Below, piece by piece: positions 40,015 through 53,997 of a stretch of DNA of 64,000 bases. The DNA is from Octopus vulgaris (Eukaryota). The stretch spans positions 65,286,001 through 65,350,000 of the forward strand of contig OX597833.1 in the NCBI GenBank assembly GCA_951406725.2, written 5' to 3'. The notes under the pieces were generated by a model, which did not search any database, was not told the origin of the DNA, and saw nothing but the letters and a program-made list of their open reading frames with translations. Numbering within the stretch: position 1 is the stretch's first letter; every line of letters starts with the position of its first letter. A program made the position numbers and the translations under genes.

Positions 40015-40833
40015 CACATGAACATAGATGTGGTTTGATGATAAGAAGTATTAATCATACCTATAAACAAACATCTCCCTATATGACCGCACGTATTTCT
40101 GAACATACCTGTAACATTTCAAAGTATCGGAGCTTATCTAATGGGCGCTGTTTCCACCTATATCCTGCTTAATTGTATTTGACGTATTAATTTGCGTCAA
40201 TTATATTAAACTGCATTATAATTACTTTCCCTACATCTCTTAATCTTTCAAACATCTCCTTGCGTTGCAAATTAACTGCGTATATGCAATCAAACGCAGT
40301 CATAGAGTACGACACATGCGCACACGAATGTGGTTTTGTGATGTGAGAGTATATGTATGTTTGTACGTATGCGCGCATGTATGGATTATGTATGTATCTA
40401 TGTATGTATGTGTGCGTGTGGGCGTGTGTGTGTGTGTGTGTGTGTGTGTACAAGCATATGCGCATATTTTAGAAACTTATATATATGCACATATATACAT
40501 ACATATTTATATATGGACACTCAAATATCTGCGCGTATGTCTACGTGTAAATAGTTATTTGCATGAAGAAAGATTTACATATATACATATGAACATATAC
40601 ACACACACCCACACACACACATATATATATATATATACATATATGTGTGCGTGTATATATTTGAATATATATGTATATTATATGTATAAATATTTATATA
40701 TATACATATATACATAACTGTATGCGCGCACGCACAAACACACATGCACATATACATATTTATGTATATATATATACATAAATATATATATATATGTATA
40801 GATAGATACATACATACATACGTGTGCATATAC

Positions 40834-40893
<60 letters not shown>

Positions 40894-40948
40894 CGTTTGT
40901 ATAACAAATATGCGTGTATATGCATGTATACATGTACATATGTATATA

Positions 40949-40996
<48 letters not shown>

Positions 40997-41257
40997 CATA
41001 CAAATGCTCACACATTACACGCACACATTCTCTGAGACACTCATTTACACACGCATGCAACCCACTCATAAACACAAATATTCGCATAGTTTTAAAGAAA
41101 TTGTGTTTTAGCAATGAACATACAATTTTGTTTATGAAATTCTTAGTATTGTAATAATGGTAGGTTAAATACTGACTTGTGTCACGCTGCATGTGTTTTA
41201 ATTGTCTTGTAGTAAATGCATTTATACACACATATAGACATAGAACTGCTAAAGTTG

Positions 41258-41440
41258 CTTTCCGTCAGTTGCGACGAGGAGTGTTGCAGCTAATTCGATC
41301 AACAGAACTACCTGCTCGTGTAATTAACTTGTAATTGGCTGAGCACTCCAGAGACACGCGAAACCTTAACCTTAGTTCTCAGGGGAGTTTCTACGTCACA
41401 TAGAATGGGACAAGCGTGGCTCGTTGAATTACAGGTAAAG
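41258..41440 (-). mobile_element. SINE C tail type 2 fragment, degenerate
   Basis: ttccgtcagttgcgacgagg...cctgctcgtg.aattaac...ggctgagcactcca.agacacg is the reverse complement of 31810-31925. Confidence 0.7.
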
Positions 41441-41590
41441 ACTTGTGGAACTTTGAATTACAGGTAAAAACTGATGTCTACTTCTGCCCAAAATTTCTCC
41501 ACATGCCCACATCTACATGCCAACACTCCATCTGATTTACCACTGGATATACCTATGAATTTCACTGGACTATTCTACAGATGAAAAATC

Positions 41591-41645
<55 letters not shown>

Positions 41646-41833
41646 GTAAACGTCGAACGAACAGAACGAGTGCAATAGTGAATAAAATTTAGTTGAGTAT
41701 GAAGTCTACCATATATATATATATATATAAGTGTGTATGTGTGTGTGTGTGTGTGTATGTGTGTGTGTTTATGCATGTAAGTATGTATGTATGATTATGT
41801 GTATGTATATATATATGCATATATATATATATA

Positions 41834-41926
41834 AGTACAAAATGGGACAAGAACGCAAGACATTCAGAAGACGATACAAAAAGCATGGACGGGTCATTCG
41901 AAGCCTTCAATCTTCAGTCAAGAGGA

Positions 41927-41928
<2 letters not shown>
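41834..41928 (-). mobile_element. Putative Penelope-like fragment between (TA)n tracts
   Basis: The minus strand reads CTGAAGA-ttgaag-gc-ttcgaa-tgacccgtcc and ends in tgtac plus (TA)n, like 2874-3052. Confidence 0.4.
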
Positions 41929-41984
<56 letters not shown>

Positions 41985-41987
<3 letters not shown>

Positions 41988-42095
41988 TTTCTGCCAGATG
42001 AATGGCATGGAGCAACGTGACAATAGTATCTTGCTCAACGACACAACGCCCCCCACAGAGATCGAACTCACGACATTAAAATCAGGAACAGGCAT
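41985..42095 (-). mobile_element. CORE-like SINE fragment
   Basis: The minus strand reads gtgagttcgatc (B box)...gcgttgtgtcgttgagcaagatact. Confidence 0.5.
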
Positions 42096-42501
42096 ACTAA
42101 CATACATGCATATATAAATATATATAACCAAGTGTAAATCGTAGAGTTTAGCTGCCCAGAAGATGTGAGCATTTCCTCCACAAATGCGTGAGAAGATTAT
42201 TTATGGACAACTGCGTCGGACCCTGGCGCTGATTATAAATTTAACACTGATTATAATTTAGATTTATACGAATTCTCATTGGTTGCTTTGGTTATCTTAA
42301 TAAATGTTTAAACGAAGATGCAGGGAAGCCAGAAATCTGCAGGAAAGATAAAGATTCGCATCATACAGTAACGATGATAAAGTAGAAAGGTAAAGATAAG
42401 AGAAACTTCTGCCGTTATTGCAATTGCTTTGTCACAAATAAACTATATGACAGAAGCCGAATTCTTTTATAAATTAAACAAATGAGAGCCTTTGTATATG
42501 A

Positions 42502-43131
42502 CTAGCAGTATAGCCCAGGGTTGCTCAGACTTGCTTTCTTTTCGATCCTTTAGAATTGGAATTTTTTAACAGTAAACATTTTGCATTATGTTGCTTGTTA
42601 TTCTCTTTAAGTGAACATTTTTCTGGTGGTAAAATCACACCGGAAAATGGCGGCACAGCCTTCAAAAAATTGTAAAAGATAAGGAAGTTTCATAGAAAAA
42701 AAAAGCACCTTTTTGATATAAATGATTTTTGGTGTTAAGATAGGCCGATTTTAATTTTTTCTTCTATGGAAGGAAGAGCAAGCCTTCTTCTATCATACTC
42801 TCAATTTTGGTCAACTTGTGCCGCAGGGTCTCGGAGGAGATAGTGTTAGTTGAAGGCTTCCAAACCTGCCAAACACAGACAACTTCAGCTTTATAAATAG
42901 TAAAAAATAGGGATTTTCATAGAAAAATAGCACCTTTGTGATGTAAATAATTTTTGGTGTTAACATGGTCCGATTTGATATTTTTTCTTCTACGGAAGGA
43001 AGAGCAAGCCTTCTTCTATCATACTCTCAATTTTGGTCAACTTGCGCCGCAGGGTCTCGGAGGAGATAGTGTTAGTTGAAGGCTACCAAACCTGCCATAC
43101 ACAGACAACTTCAGCTTTATATATACAGAGA
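42502..43131 (-). mobile_element. Non-autonomous Helitron with tandemly duplicated 5' 230 bp
   Basis: The minus strand starts TC(tctgtatatataaag) and ends CTAG, between host A and T. A subterminal GC-rich hairpin-like segment is shared with 52403. About 42675-42900 is repeated at 42903-43131. Confidence 0.75.
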
Positions 43132-43377
43132 TTATACATGTTTGCATGACGGCGTGTAGGTAGCTGTGTGCGTGTCTATCTCCGCCATTTTTTATGTATT
43201 TAGTGAATTACTTGAAAGGAAATCCACTCTTTCATGATAAATTGGTTGTCAGCACTGGCTATTGGGATCACTGAGACCTGAAATCCGAGATGCGTGATAG
43301 GAATACATATATGTATATCTATATATGTATACATATATATATATATATATATATGCGTATGTGCGTGTGTGTGTGAT

Positions 43378-43470
<93 letters not shown>

Positions 43471-43475
43471 ATATA

Positions 43476-43704
43476 TACAGTGTACATTTAAACACATAAA
43501 AAGCTTCCATCATAGGACACCTTGCACGTTTGGCGAAACAGTTAAATTCCAAACCACTATTAGCGATGAAACTTCGAAGGGAATGAAAAATGAAAATAAT
43601 TTACCTGCTAAATCCTGGACCATGGTTTCAGACATTTTTTTTTTAGAAAATAAAATAATTTGCTAGGCGATGGATGCCTCTTATGTGTTTTAATGTACAC
43701 CGTA
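43476..43704. mobile_element. Tc1/mariner-type MITE
   Basis: 36-bp inverted arms including the TA flanks, tacagtgtacatttaaacacataaaaagcttccatc / gatggatgcctcttatgtgttttaatgtacaccgta (5 mismatches). The TA-CAGTG start is typical of Tc1-like TIRs. Confidence 0.7.
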
Positions 43705-44010
43705 TTTATATGAATAATATATAGTTTATTGACTAAATGTTTACACGATAGGCCACTGGTAGTAGAAATGTCTAATATTACTTATTACCCTTGATATTAT
43801 CAATTATATATAAGGGGGGTATATGTATATATATATATATATATATATGTATAATTATATATAAGGTGATATATGTATATATATATGTATATATATATAT
43901 GTATATATATATACTATATCAGTTAGATATATATATAGATAGATAGATATTAAAGCAAAAAAATAAAACAAATATGATAAAAGCAAAAAGCTAAATATGT
44001 GTGTAAAAGT

Positions 44011-44258
44011 GTTGCGTCCCCTAGACAGTTTGTGGTTCGTGTTTCTGATTCTCGACCCTATGTGGAATTTATCGATTCTTTTCAGAACTGGGGGAACTTT
44101 TCAAAATTTTCGCTGCGTTAGTTTTGAATTATGACATTGGGCTATGTGTGTGTCAAGTTTCATCAGAATCGGTTGAAAGCCGTGGTCAGGGTGAGGGTAC
44201 AAGCAAACAGACACACAGAAACACGCACAGACAAACTGCCGTTTATATATAGAGAGAT
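44011..44258 (-). mobile_element. 3'-truncated copy of the Helitron at 52403-52775
   Basis: Near-identical to 52529-52776 but lacks the CTAG end. Confidence 0.85.
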
Positions 44259-44771
44259 ATATATATATATACATAGATATATATATAGATAGATAAATAT
44301 TAAAGCAAAAAATAAAACAAATATGATAAAAGCAAAAAGCTAAATATGTGTGTAAAAGTGTTCAGTATGTTGGTTAAGAATTCAGTATTATGTCCACAGG
44401 AATTTATGTCAAGGAGACATGGTTAAACAAAGTTGTACATCATCTCCCTCCTTCACTCACATACGCACTCTTTCTCTTTGTCTTATCATTACTCTCACTG
44501 CCACCATCAACATTACTACTATTAATAAATCATCACCAGCTCTCCCTAAATTTCTTTGTCTCTCTTTCTCTCCCTCGCTTTTTCTTTCTCTCCCTTTCTC
44601 TGCCTCTCCCCCATCTCTCTCTCTCCCGTCATCACCACCCTCACCATGCATATGCCTACTATTACTCTCACCCCAGCATGAGGAATAGTAGAAGTGTCAT
44701 TGCATAGTAAGAGAGGGGCTCAAAGTGTGACACACTGACACACAGAAATTATTTATTATATACATACATGC

Positions 44772-44804
<33 letters not shown>

Positions 44805-44919
44805 TATACACACATATATGTGTGTGTGTGTGTGCGTGTATTATATAATATTTTTATTTTTAATTTCATTACATTCACTATCGAGTTCCATCATAATTAA
44901 TATAAAATATATGTACACA

Positions 44920-45060
44920 TTGACACCAGTACTTCACAAGTACTTATTTCATCGACCCCTTTCTGGACGAAAGGCCTATGGGGAACTTGAACTCAAAACC
45001 TAATGACAGACGAAATATCTCTAAGTATTTTACCCTGACGTGCAAACGATTCTCTCCGCT
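44920..45060 (-). mobile_element. SINE family A degenerate fragment
   Basis: gtacttatttcatcgacccc...gaacttgaactca...gacagacgaaata. Confidence 0.65.
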
Positions 45061-45197
45061 GAACAATTTTAATTCGCCAGAGGAAATGGCGTTGAGTTGG
45101 TTTAAATAAACTATTACATTAAGCGTTTGTCTTGAGTACTTCATTTCCTGATCATCACTGAACGACGGATACGTATGATGCATGCATCTATATGCAG

Positions 45198-45267
<70 letters not shown>

Positions 45268-45305
45268 TATATTTATATATGTATACATATATTTACATAC
45301 ATATG

Positions 45306-45350
<45 letters not shown>

Positions 45351-45369
45351 ATATATATATATATGTATG

Positions 45370-45404
<35 letters not shown>

Positions 45405-45769
45405 GTACAGGTAAACTAATAACAGAGATGCAAGTGATCCTAGTAGTAGTAGTAGTAGTACTACTACTACTACTACTACTACAACTACTATTACTACTTA
45501 ACTACTGCTAAGTTAAGATGATTTTCATTGCAGAAAATTTAGCAAGTTATTGATATGTGAGCTGAGAGAACGAGAAGCCGGGTGGTACAGGTGGTTGGAC
45601 GGCCGGCCGGATGTTTTGGGGTAGGAGGAAAGATGGATGGATGGATGAGATAGAAAGAAGCACTGAAGATGGGGGAAGTGAGAAAGATAGATGAAGAGTC
45701 ACACTATTTTAGTGAAATATCGAATATACTCCCTTTCCCTTTCCATCTGTTACACAACCGGCCCCTTCC

Positions 45770-45880
45770 TCTAGGTCCTTCCCCCAGCTCTTCCCCCAGC
45801 TCCTTCCCGCAGCTCCTCCCCCCGCACCTTCCCCCAGCTCCTCCCCCCCCCCCCAGTTCTTTCCCCCAGCTTCTTCTCCG
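45770..45880. repeat. C-rich minisatellite of about 12 bp (cttcccccagct), with G-quadruplex potential on the minus strand
   Basis: About seven imperfect units with C runs. Confidence 0.75.
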
Positions 45881-46519
45881 TTTACAGCTCGCAGTTTGCC
45901 GCTAAATCTTATGATTAAACCCATACATCAATGCAATTATCTCAACGAAGTCAGACTGGACGAATCAGGAAGGAATTGTTTCTACAATTTACAGAACAGT
46001 CTATAAATAAACACACACACACACAAACACGCACACACACACACACATTAAAAGATTTAATACCTGTGTTTGTTGTTCCGCATGACAAATTACATTAGCA
46101 CTCAAAACTACAGCAATCCATAAGCAAGCGAACGCACATTTTTAATGGCTGTCTATCACCAGCGATGCTACTTCGCCGATTGAGACACAAGACGTTTGGA
46201 GAGTTATTAACTAAAATCTACATACATACTCTCCTTCCTCTTTATGCTGTCGATGAATATTCTACCGGTTAGTTAACATCGAAACTATTAGCCTCCTCTT
46301 TTTCATTGATCAATTTTTGCAGCTCATCTTTACATAATTGTATGTATGCATGCGCCTATGTATGGGTCTATGTATGCATGAGTGTATGTATGCACGTATG
46401 TGTGTATGTGTGTATGTATGTGTGTGGATGCATGCATGTATGTATGTGTGTATTATGATGTACGTATTATGGCTATATACACACGCACATATTTTGATGT
46501 ATAAATATATATATATGGG

Positions 46520-46677
46520 TGGGGGAGAATTCACGAAAGAAACAAAAGACAAAAACAGCTAGTGTAAAAAACGAACAGATGTATTAGTATAACACTCGGG
46601 AATTGAAAAAGTTTTTAAAGTTTCGAGCCTACGCTCTTCCACAGAAAGCAACACAGAAAGAAACAACGAGAAAAATA
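46520..46677 (-). mobile_element. Short hammerhead-bearing element, family PLE-N1
   Basis: Minus 46614-46647 reads TTT-CTGTGGA-a-GAGC-gtag-GCTC-GAAA-C-TT-T-AAA. Homologous to 35117-35281. Confidence 0.7.
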
Positions 46678-46787
46678 TGTGTGTGTGTGTGTGTGTGTTT
46701 GTGTGTTTCTGTGTATGTATGTATGTATGTATGTATGTATGTATGTATGTATGTATGTATGTATGTATGTATATAGTTGCAATTTGC

Positions 46788-46940
46788 ATAAAAACAAAAG
46801 ACGAAGACAGTTGTATGAACAACAAGTAAGTGTAGTAGTTTGACGGTCGGGAAAAATGAAAACGTTTTTACATTTCGAGGCTACGCTCTTCAGCAGAAAG
46901 GATCACAAGAAAATAAACAGAGGGAGAATAAAAACAAACA
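46788..46940 (-). mobile_element. Short hammerhead-bearing element, family PLE-N1
   Basis: Minus 46866-46899 reads TTT-CTGCTGA-a-GAGC-gtag-CCTC-GAAA-T-GT-A-AAA. Confidence 0.65.
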
Positions 46941-47006
46941 TGTATTAATAGAGTTATTGGTCAAGTATGCCAACTGTATATATGTATGTTTGTGTATATA
47001 TAAACG

Positions 47007-47064
<58 letters not shown>

Positions 47065-48337
47065 TATATGTATACATATATATATGCATTTATATATATA
47101 TATATATACATATGTATATATATTTATATATATGACCAAAATATACTTCCAAATTTACCCAGCATATAACATATTTATACATACATGCATACATTAGACA
47201 TACATACAATACATAAATTCTTATGTATATATATATATATGTGTGTATGTGTGTGTGTATATAAATGCATTCATAAATATATGTATATGTATGCGTATAT
47301 GTTTACATATAATATCTCTTCATCCATCCATTCATCTATACAAACATACTTCATAATACATACATACATAATACCGTAATTTGGCCCCATGCAACTAAGT
47401 TTCGTGGGCTCGTAAAACGAACCTAGTTGTACACAAACATCACACACAAACGCATCACACAAATATACATAAACATAACTATACATACACACACACATAC
47501 ACGCACCCACATTCTCGCACACACACACACGGGCAAATAAACACACACACACAGATATACGTATATATGAACACATGCATTCGAGGTTGGTACCATCCTA
47601 AATCTTTTGAGCAGTATTTCTCCGTAATATACCGGTAGCACTGCCATTGTTCTCTATTCACCGCTAATGGTCCCACTTACTGCCAATAAACACCGATATA
47701 CATATAAATGATAGGCTGTAATGAACGTGACGTATGTTCTCGCTGCGTTTCTTAACTTTTGCAATTCCCAACTAATTCCTCCACAATATTAGCCTTCTCC
47801 GTTTGTTGATTGATTTATCACACTTCGAGTCGTCTCACTTCACAATGCCACGAAATACCCTTTCATCTTAGTTTGAAAGGAAATCTGCTGCGCAGGCAAT
47901 CATCTTCATAAGCATCATTTTGACATATACTGTCGACAACTGACACCACATGCGTAGAATACAGAGTATATATTAATGTTTACACATATTTTAATGTCGT
48001 TCTAATGTTGACACGCTCTATCTATCTAATATAATAAAGTTCCAGCAATTGGAAAAGAGATGGTGAAGCGATGGGTTCTCAGATGTGCCTAACGTTTGCA
48101 ATAATTTCTGCGTTGCTCTTGCAACAGTCGCCATGCTGTTCAAAAGAATGTTAATATTATTATTTTGTTCATTACCATCAATGTCATTCATTGTTATTTA
48201 TTTATTTATTGTTTCAACATTGTTGTTATCGATCTGGCAAATTTTACCTTTATTTCAACATTTTGTTTTTACTTTTCTTCGTTTGTCCACTTCGTAACTT
48301 CCTAATATATTACGCTTCACTGGTAAATGAACGAGAT

Positions 48338-48345
48338 TCTTCTTC

Positions 48346-48377
<32 letters not shown>

Positions 48378-48414
48378 CTTCTTCTTCTTCTTCTTCTTCT
48401 TCTTCTTCTTCTTC

Positions 48415-48468
<54 letters not shown>

Positions 48469-48550
48469 TTCTTCTTCTTCTTCTTCTTCTTCTTCTTCTT
48501 CTTCTTCTTCTTTCTTCTCCTTCTTTCTTCTTCTTCTTCTTTCTTCTTCT
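48338..48550. repeat. (TTC)n-(ATC)n-(TTC)n compound trinucleotide repeat
   Basis: Directly visible. Confidence 0.97.
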
Positions 48551-48759
48551 TCCCCATTCATTGTCCTTCGTGCTATTACTCAACTTCCTTCAAATTCACC
48601 ACAACAAACACACCACCACTTTCCCCCACTTCTTCCTCTCCTACTCCTACTTCCCTCGTCTTCCTTATTGTTTTTCCCTCTCCTTCTCTCCAAGCTCTTT
48701 CTTCTCGTCTTGTTTTTATTGTTCTTGTTCTGAAAAATATCAATAAGAAAAAATATTGC

Positions 48760-48783
48760 TACTACTACTACTACTACTACTAC

Positions 48784-48845
<62 letters not shown>
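48760..48845. repeat. (CTA)n-(TAA)n microsatellite
   Basis: Directly visible. Confidence 0.95.
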
Positions 48846-48846
<1 letters not shown>

Positions 48847-48976
48847 GCAGAACACTTTCCATACAATAACCATCAGAGCATCACAACAAATCACAGCACA
48901 TACCCAAGGCACACAGAGCTGCGCTCGGTAGTGAAAGCACGCTATAAAAATAAAACTACTGAATAATAATAATAAT

Positions 48977-49013
<37 letters not shown>

Positions 49014-49171
49014 TATATCGAAAAGAGAAAATAGAGATAAAATTGATGAATAACAATTCATTGACACCAATTATCCTTTATTAATTAATTACACAAAGAC
49101 AGGATCTCAACTTACAGGTATTTCTGATAGTGCGATTCCCATGCTTTAGCCGCCACAATAATAATAATCAT

Positions 49172-49568
49172 AAGTCGAAATTCAACGGACGGAATAAGAT
49201 TGAAGCTATCAACACCCGACCGGTTTCACTCCTTAGATATGAAGCAGGGGTAATCACATGGAAAGTAGACGAACTAAGCAGCTTAGAAAGACAAGGAAGT
49301 TGTTAACTAGATATGGGACACACCACCCGAAAAGTGACACTGACAGACTGTATGTACCAAGAAAAAGAAGGGGAAGAGGACTTATTGGATGCGACGATAG
49401 AGTTAGATCACAAGAAAACAGCATAGGATGGTATGTTAAAAAATGCCACAGAACCACTATTATTAGAAGTAAGAATGTCAGGCCTGTGTAGGAGAAAAGA
49501 TTGCACTGTACAAGAAATCGAAAACGAATATACACTGAAATAAATTAAAACAAGGGCACTCAGACAGT
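49172..49568 (+). mobile_element. R4/Dong-clade LINE fragment (post-RT region)
   Basis: KSKFNGRNKIEAINTRPVSLLRYEAGVITWKVDEL(fs)KTRKLLTRYGTHHPKSDTDRLYVPRKRRGRGLI, with the HPK.D..RLY.PR..GRGL motif. It is preceded by a short (TAA)n. Confidence 0.85.
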
Positions 49569-49569
49569 G

Positions 49570-49920
49570 AAAACCTCCGCCAGCGGAGCACCAAAGACCG
49601 ATCGACATTTGGCCGGAGATAATTTTTAAAATGAGAATATCTGAGATAAACACGACTGCTCTCACAAAGGAGAATATTAAAAGTGAACCCGAACGCTCTC
49701 AAAAATTAAGTTTAAAAAAAACGGAAAACTAATCCAGAATCCTTGTCCGGTACCAGATCGATCCCTAAATCTAATAAGTCCATGCCAGACACAAGGACAA
49801 ACACCCCTGAAAGTTCATTCGAATCTATCAAGCGGTTCTTGAGATATCTTGTCCACGGACAAACAAAGACAAACAGGTCCGGAAACAATACATCCGCCTT
49901 CGCTAAGGTGGACATAATGA
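49570..49920 (+). mobile_element. Helentron-associated non-autonomous element (HINE/DINE-like)
   Basis: aaatctaat...gaaagttcattcgaatctatcaagcggttcttgagatatcttg..acaaacaaagacaaac, with a terminal hairpin tccgcctt-cgct-aaggtgga. cctccgcc recurs near the 5' end. Confidence 0.6.
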
Positions 49921-50244
49921 TATTCCTTGTTAGGAAACACAACGCAGAGTCTTGGACGTGATATGAACCTGCAGTATGGGAATTTGAGAGCCGACAACGG
50001 CAATTTTTCAGGCCACGTGACTTCACGTAAAAATGAAGTAAACTTAATTCTAAGAAAAATATCCAAAACATAAACCATGAAAAATATAAATCTTTCAGAA
50101 AAGCAATTTGTCTGGTTGACTTTAATGTCTGCCATACGTGTGAATGGGAACCGTTTGGGTACACGGACACTCAGATTCAAACGCATATAAATATATGTAT
50201 GTGATTTTAAATGCATAGAAACATACACACACTCATACACAAAC

Positions 50245-50670
<426 letters not shown>

Positions 50671-51075
50671 CTGATTTACACGCGGGCGCGCGCGTTAGGT
50701 ACATGGGTTGTGTGTCAGAAGAGTGAGACTGCTAGTATACGTTGCCAGAAGCTGTCTTCGAAATGAATAGGATTTAGAAGTTAAATATGTTTCGGAGATT
50801 AGGTAATTGCATTACAAGTATAGGCAGATTATGCATCATCTGTAACATCGTCATCATCATCGTCGTGGTCGTCGTCATTATATCATCGTTTTACAGTCCA
50901 CAAGTAGATGGAGACGCAGAACATGAACTGCCGGATGCCCTTCCCATTGCCAACATTCACCGATTTCTAATTAAGGTAATATTTCAAGACATCTCAATCT
51001 CAATTATTCTGCACTTTACTTTGATACATATATATATAGATAAGTATTAGAAATAGCTTATATATATATATATAA

Positions 51076-51163
<88 letters not shown>

Positions 51164-51167
51164 GAAT

Positions 51168-51303
51168 AGGCGCAAGAGTGGCAGTTTGGTTCCGCGTTGA
51201 GTTCCAATGTGTGGCAGCTTGGGCTAGTGTCTTCTACTATAGCCTGCGGCCGACCAAAGCCTTGCGATTGGATTTGGTAAACAGAAACTGAAAGAAGCCC
51301 GTC

Positions 51304-51371
<68 letters not shown>

Positions 51372-51585
51372 ATGTTTGTGTGTCTGTGTTTGTCCCCCCT
51401 CCCAACATCGCTTGACAACCGATGCTGGTGTGTGTACGTCCCCGTAGCTTAGCGGTTCGGCATAAGAGACCGATAGAATAAGTACTAGGCTTACAAAGAC
51501 TAAGTCATGCAGTCGATTTGTTCGAGTAAAAGGCGGTCTCCAGCATGGTCGCAGTCAAATTGACTGAAACAAGTAAAAGAATAGA
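51168..51585 (+). mobile_element. SINE family B
   Basis: Head is partly deleted. Internal (TA)n and the complete 3' module are present. Confidence 0.88.
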
Positions 51586-51732
51586 TAATAGAATTATATA
51601 TATACACACATGCATATATGTATACATATTTATAAATGATATAGTTAGATGTACTAGAGACATTTAGAGATAGATAGCTATACATATAAGTTTTTCTGTG
51701 TGTTTACTAGTTATATATTTAACAATTTTAAT

Positions 51733-52055
51733 TCTTTCTTCTTTCGTCGCCCTTCCCAAGCCTAGCCAGGCTCTTGGGCCCGGTTTCCCGGTTTCTGTGA
51801 CGTATGTGTGTGCTTCCCCACCCCAGCTGGACGAGACACCAGTCCATCGCAGAGTTACTCAAGAAACAGGAAGAGAAAGCGAGAGAAAGTTGTCGCGAAA
51901 GAGTACAACAGGGGTCCCTCCCCCTGCCGGAGCCTCGTAGAGTTTTTAGGTGTTTTCGCTCAATAAACACACACAACGCCCGGTCTGGGAATCGAAACCA
52001 CGATCCTCCGACCGCGAGTCCGCTGCCCTAACCACTGAGCCATTGCGCCTCCACA
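51733..52055 (-). mobile_element. SINE family C with tail type 3
   Basis: Same head as 31546. The tail is ctgcgatggactgg..cgtccag...acagaaaccgggaaaccgggccc. TSD aacaattttaat is at 51721-51732 and 52056-52067. Confidence 0.9.
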
Positions 52056-52402
52056 AACAATTTTAATAGTAAATTGGAATATGACGTAACACTTTTCAGT
52101 AGAAAACTTTCTTATACATTCTCCAACAAGAAGCTTCACATTGACTTTAGAGTCGCTGCTTACCATCCGAAATCAGAGTCTGATTAGTTTGCTCGTTCTG
52201 GGCTTCCATAGTTATTGGTCGGATGTTTCTTGTTCCAGAAGAGTAACAAAAGAATTAAGTTTAGTGTAAGCAGACAGAAGTTGTTGCTTAGGAAATGAAG
52301 ATGTGCTAGGACAGGAGGGGCGTATGTATTTGTAGCGTTTGGTTAGCTAGGAAGAAATTGTAGGGAGTTGTATTTTTGTTTGATAGTGGAATTTATTTAT
52401 CA

Positions 52403-52775
52403 CTAGCAGTATCGCCCGGCGTTGCTCAGGTTTGTAAGGGAAATAACTATAAAGCATTTTTAGAGAGTTATAGCCAAAAAATGGGAAAAAAATGATGGTA
52501 AATTTTTTTGAGAGTTAAAATAGGTGGAGTTGCGTCCCCTAGACGGTCTGTGGTTTGGGTTTCTGATTCTCGACCCCATGTCGAATTTATCGATTTTTTT
52601 CAGAACTGGGGGAACTTTTCAAAATTTTCGCTGCGTTAGTTTTGAATTATGACATTGGGCTATGTGTGTGTTAAGTTTCATCAGAATCGGTTGAAAGCCG
52701 TGGTCAGGGTGAGGGTACGAGAAAACAGACACACAGAAACACGCACAGACAAACTGCCGTTTATATATAGAGAGA
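52403..52775 (-). mobile_element. Non-autonomous Helitron, full length
   Basis: The minus strand runs 5' TC(tctctatatataaac) to 3' CTAG, inserted between A and T, with subterminal hairpin cccggcgttgctcagg. A second copy is at 44011. Confidence 0.8.
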
Positions 52776-53997
52776 TTTAAGGCTAGTCCAGCCGTGTAAG
52801 TAACACAATGATAAAAATAACACAAGCAACAAATGACAGCAGTAAAAACCAACCGAAAAGAAAATCTGCTAAAATAATAACAGCAACAACAACAACAACA
52901 ACAACATCAAGCGAAATAACAATGACAATAATAACAAAAAAGTTGTCATCAAGAACAACTACATTGAAAACCACAACGGCGTTTACAATGTTAACAACAA
53001 TGGAAATTACAACACCAAGAGAAACAACAGAAACAAAACAAAAAGTATAACAGTAATAACAACACCACCACCAACAACATAGACAACGAACATTAACATC
53101 ACCAACAACAACAATGTTGCCACTGTATAAAGTTTAATACGACGCATGTTTCTTCCAATAACGTCCATTTTATGCAAGAATATATTCAACAGAACTTTAT
53201 TAATTTCGTTATGGCGCTCCATGACAAAAGACTAAAATATTTCTTATATCGTTAGTCTGGAGTTTCTTATAAAGAGTCTGAGAATCGTTTCGCAGTAACA
53301 ATGGAAGACAATAAAGATATGGCCTACCCGATGGCGCTGGTCCTAAACAATTAATCAAAAAGTCTTGAAAAGTCGAAGAAACGGTCAACTTGTAATGAAA
53401 AGAAGAGAAAGGATGGGAAGCCATATTTCATACATTAAACAGGATATTGCTCTGACCTTAACGGCGAATACAGCTCTAAATATATTATATTGAACGGCAT
53501 GCTGGCTGAGTCATTAGGGACCCCGAAGCAATTTGTTCTGATGCTCTACGCTGCGAGTTCAAATTCTGCTAAGATCTATGAAAGTTTCATAAAGGAAATT
53601 TTTAAATTTTATATACAAGCATTATTGTTGTTGTTGTTGTTAATTATAATTGTGGTTACAAATATGTCAGTGATCTGGCAGAATCGATAGCATGCCGGAC
53701 AAAAAGATTCGTGGCATTTGTTCCGGTTCTTTATATTCTGGGTTCACACTGGGTTGGGTGTGGTGGGGTAAGGATGTGGGTATGAGCGGTGATATAGGTG
53801 TGGAGTAGGGATGTGGATGTGGGTAGGGATGTAGGTGTGGGTGGGGACGCGTGTGGAGTTGGGTATGTGTGGAGTGGGTTGTGTATGGTGGGGCTATCGA
53901 TGAAGAGAGAAAGTGGGTAGGAGTGCAGAGACGAAGTAGGTGTAAGAAGAAAAGAGGAGAGGAGGGGAGTCAGTTGAAAAGATGAGGGGATTTGTGC

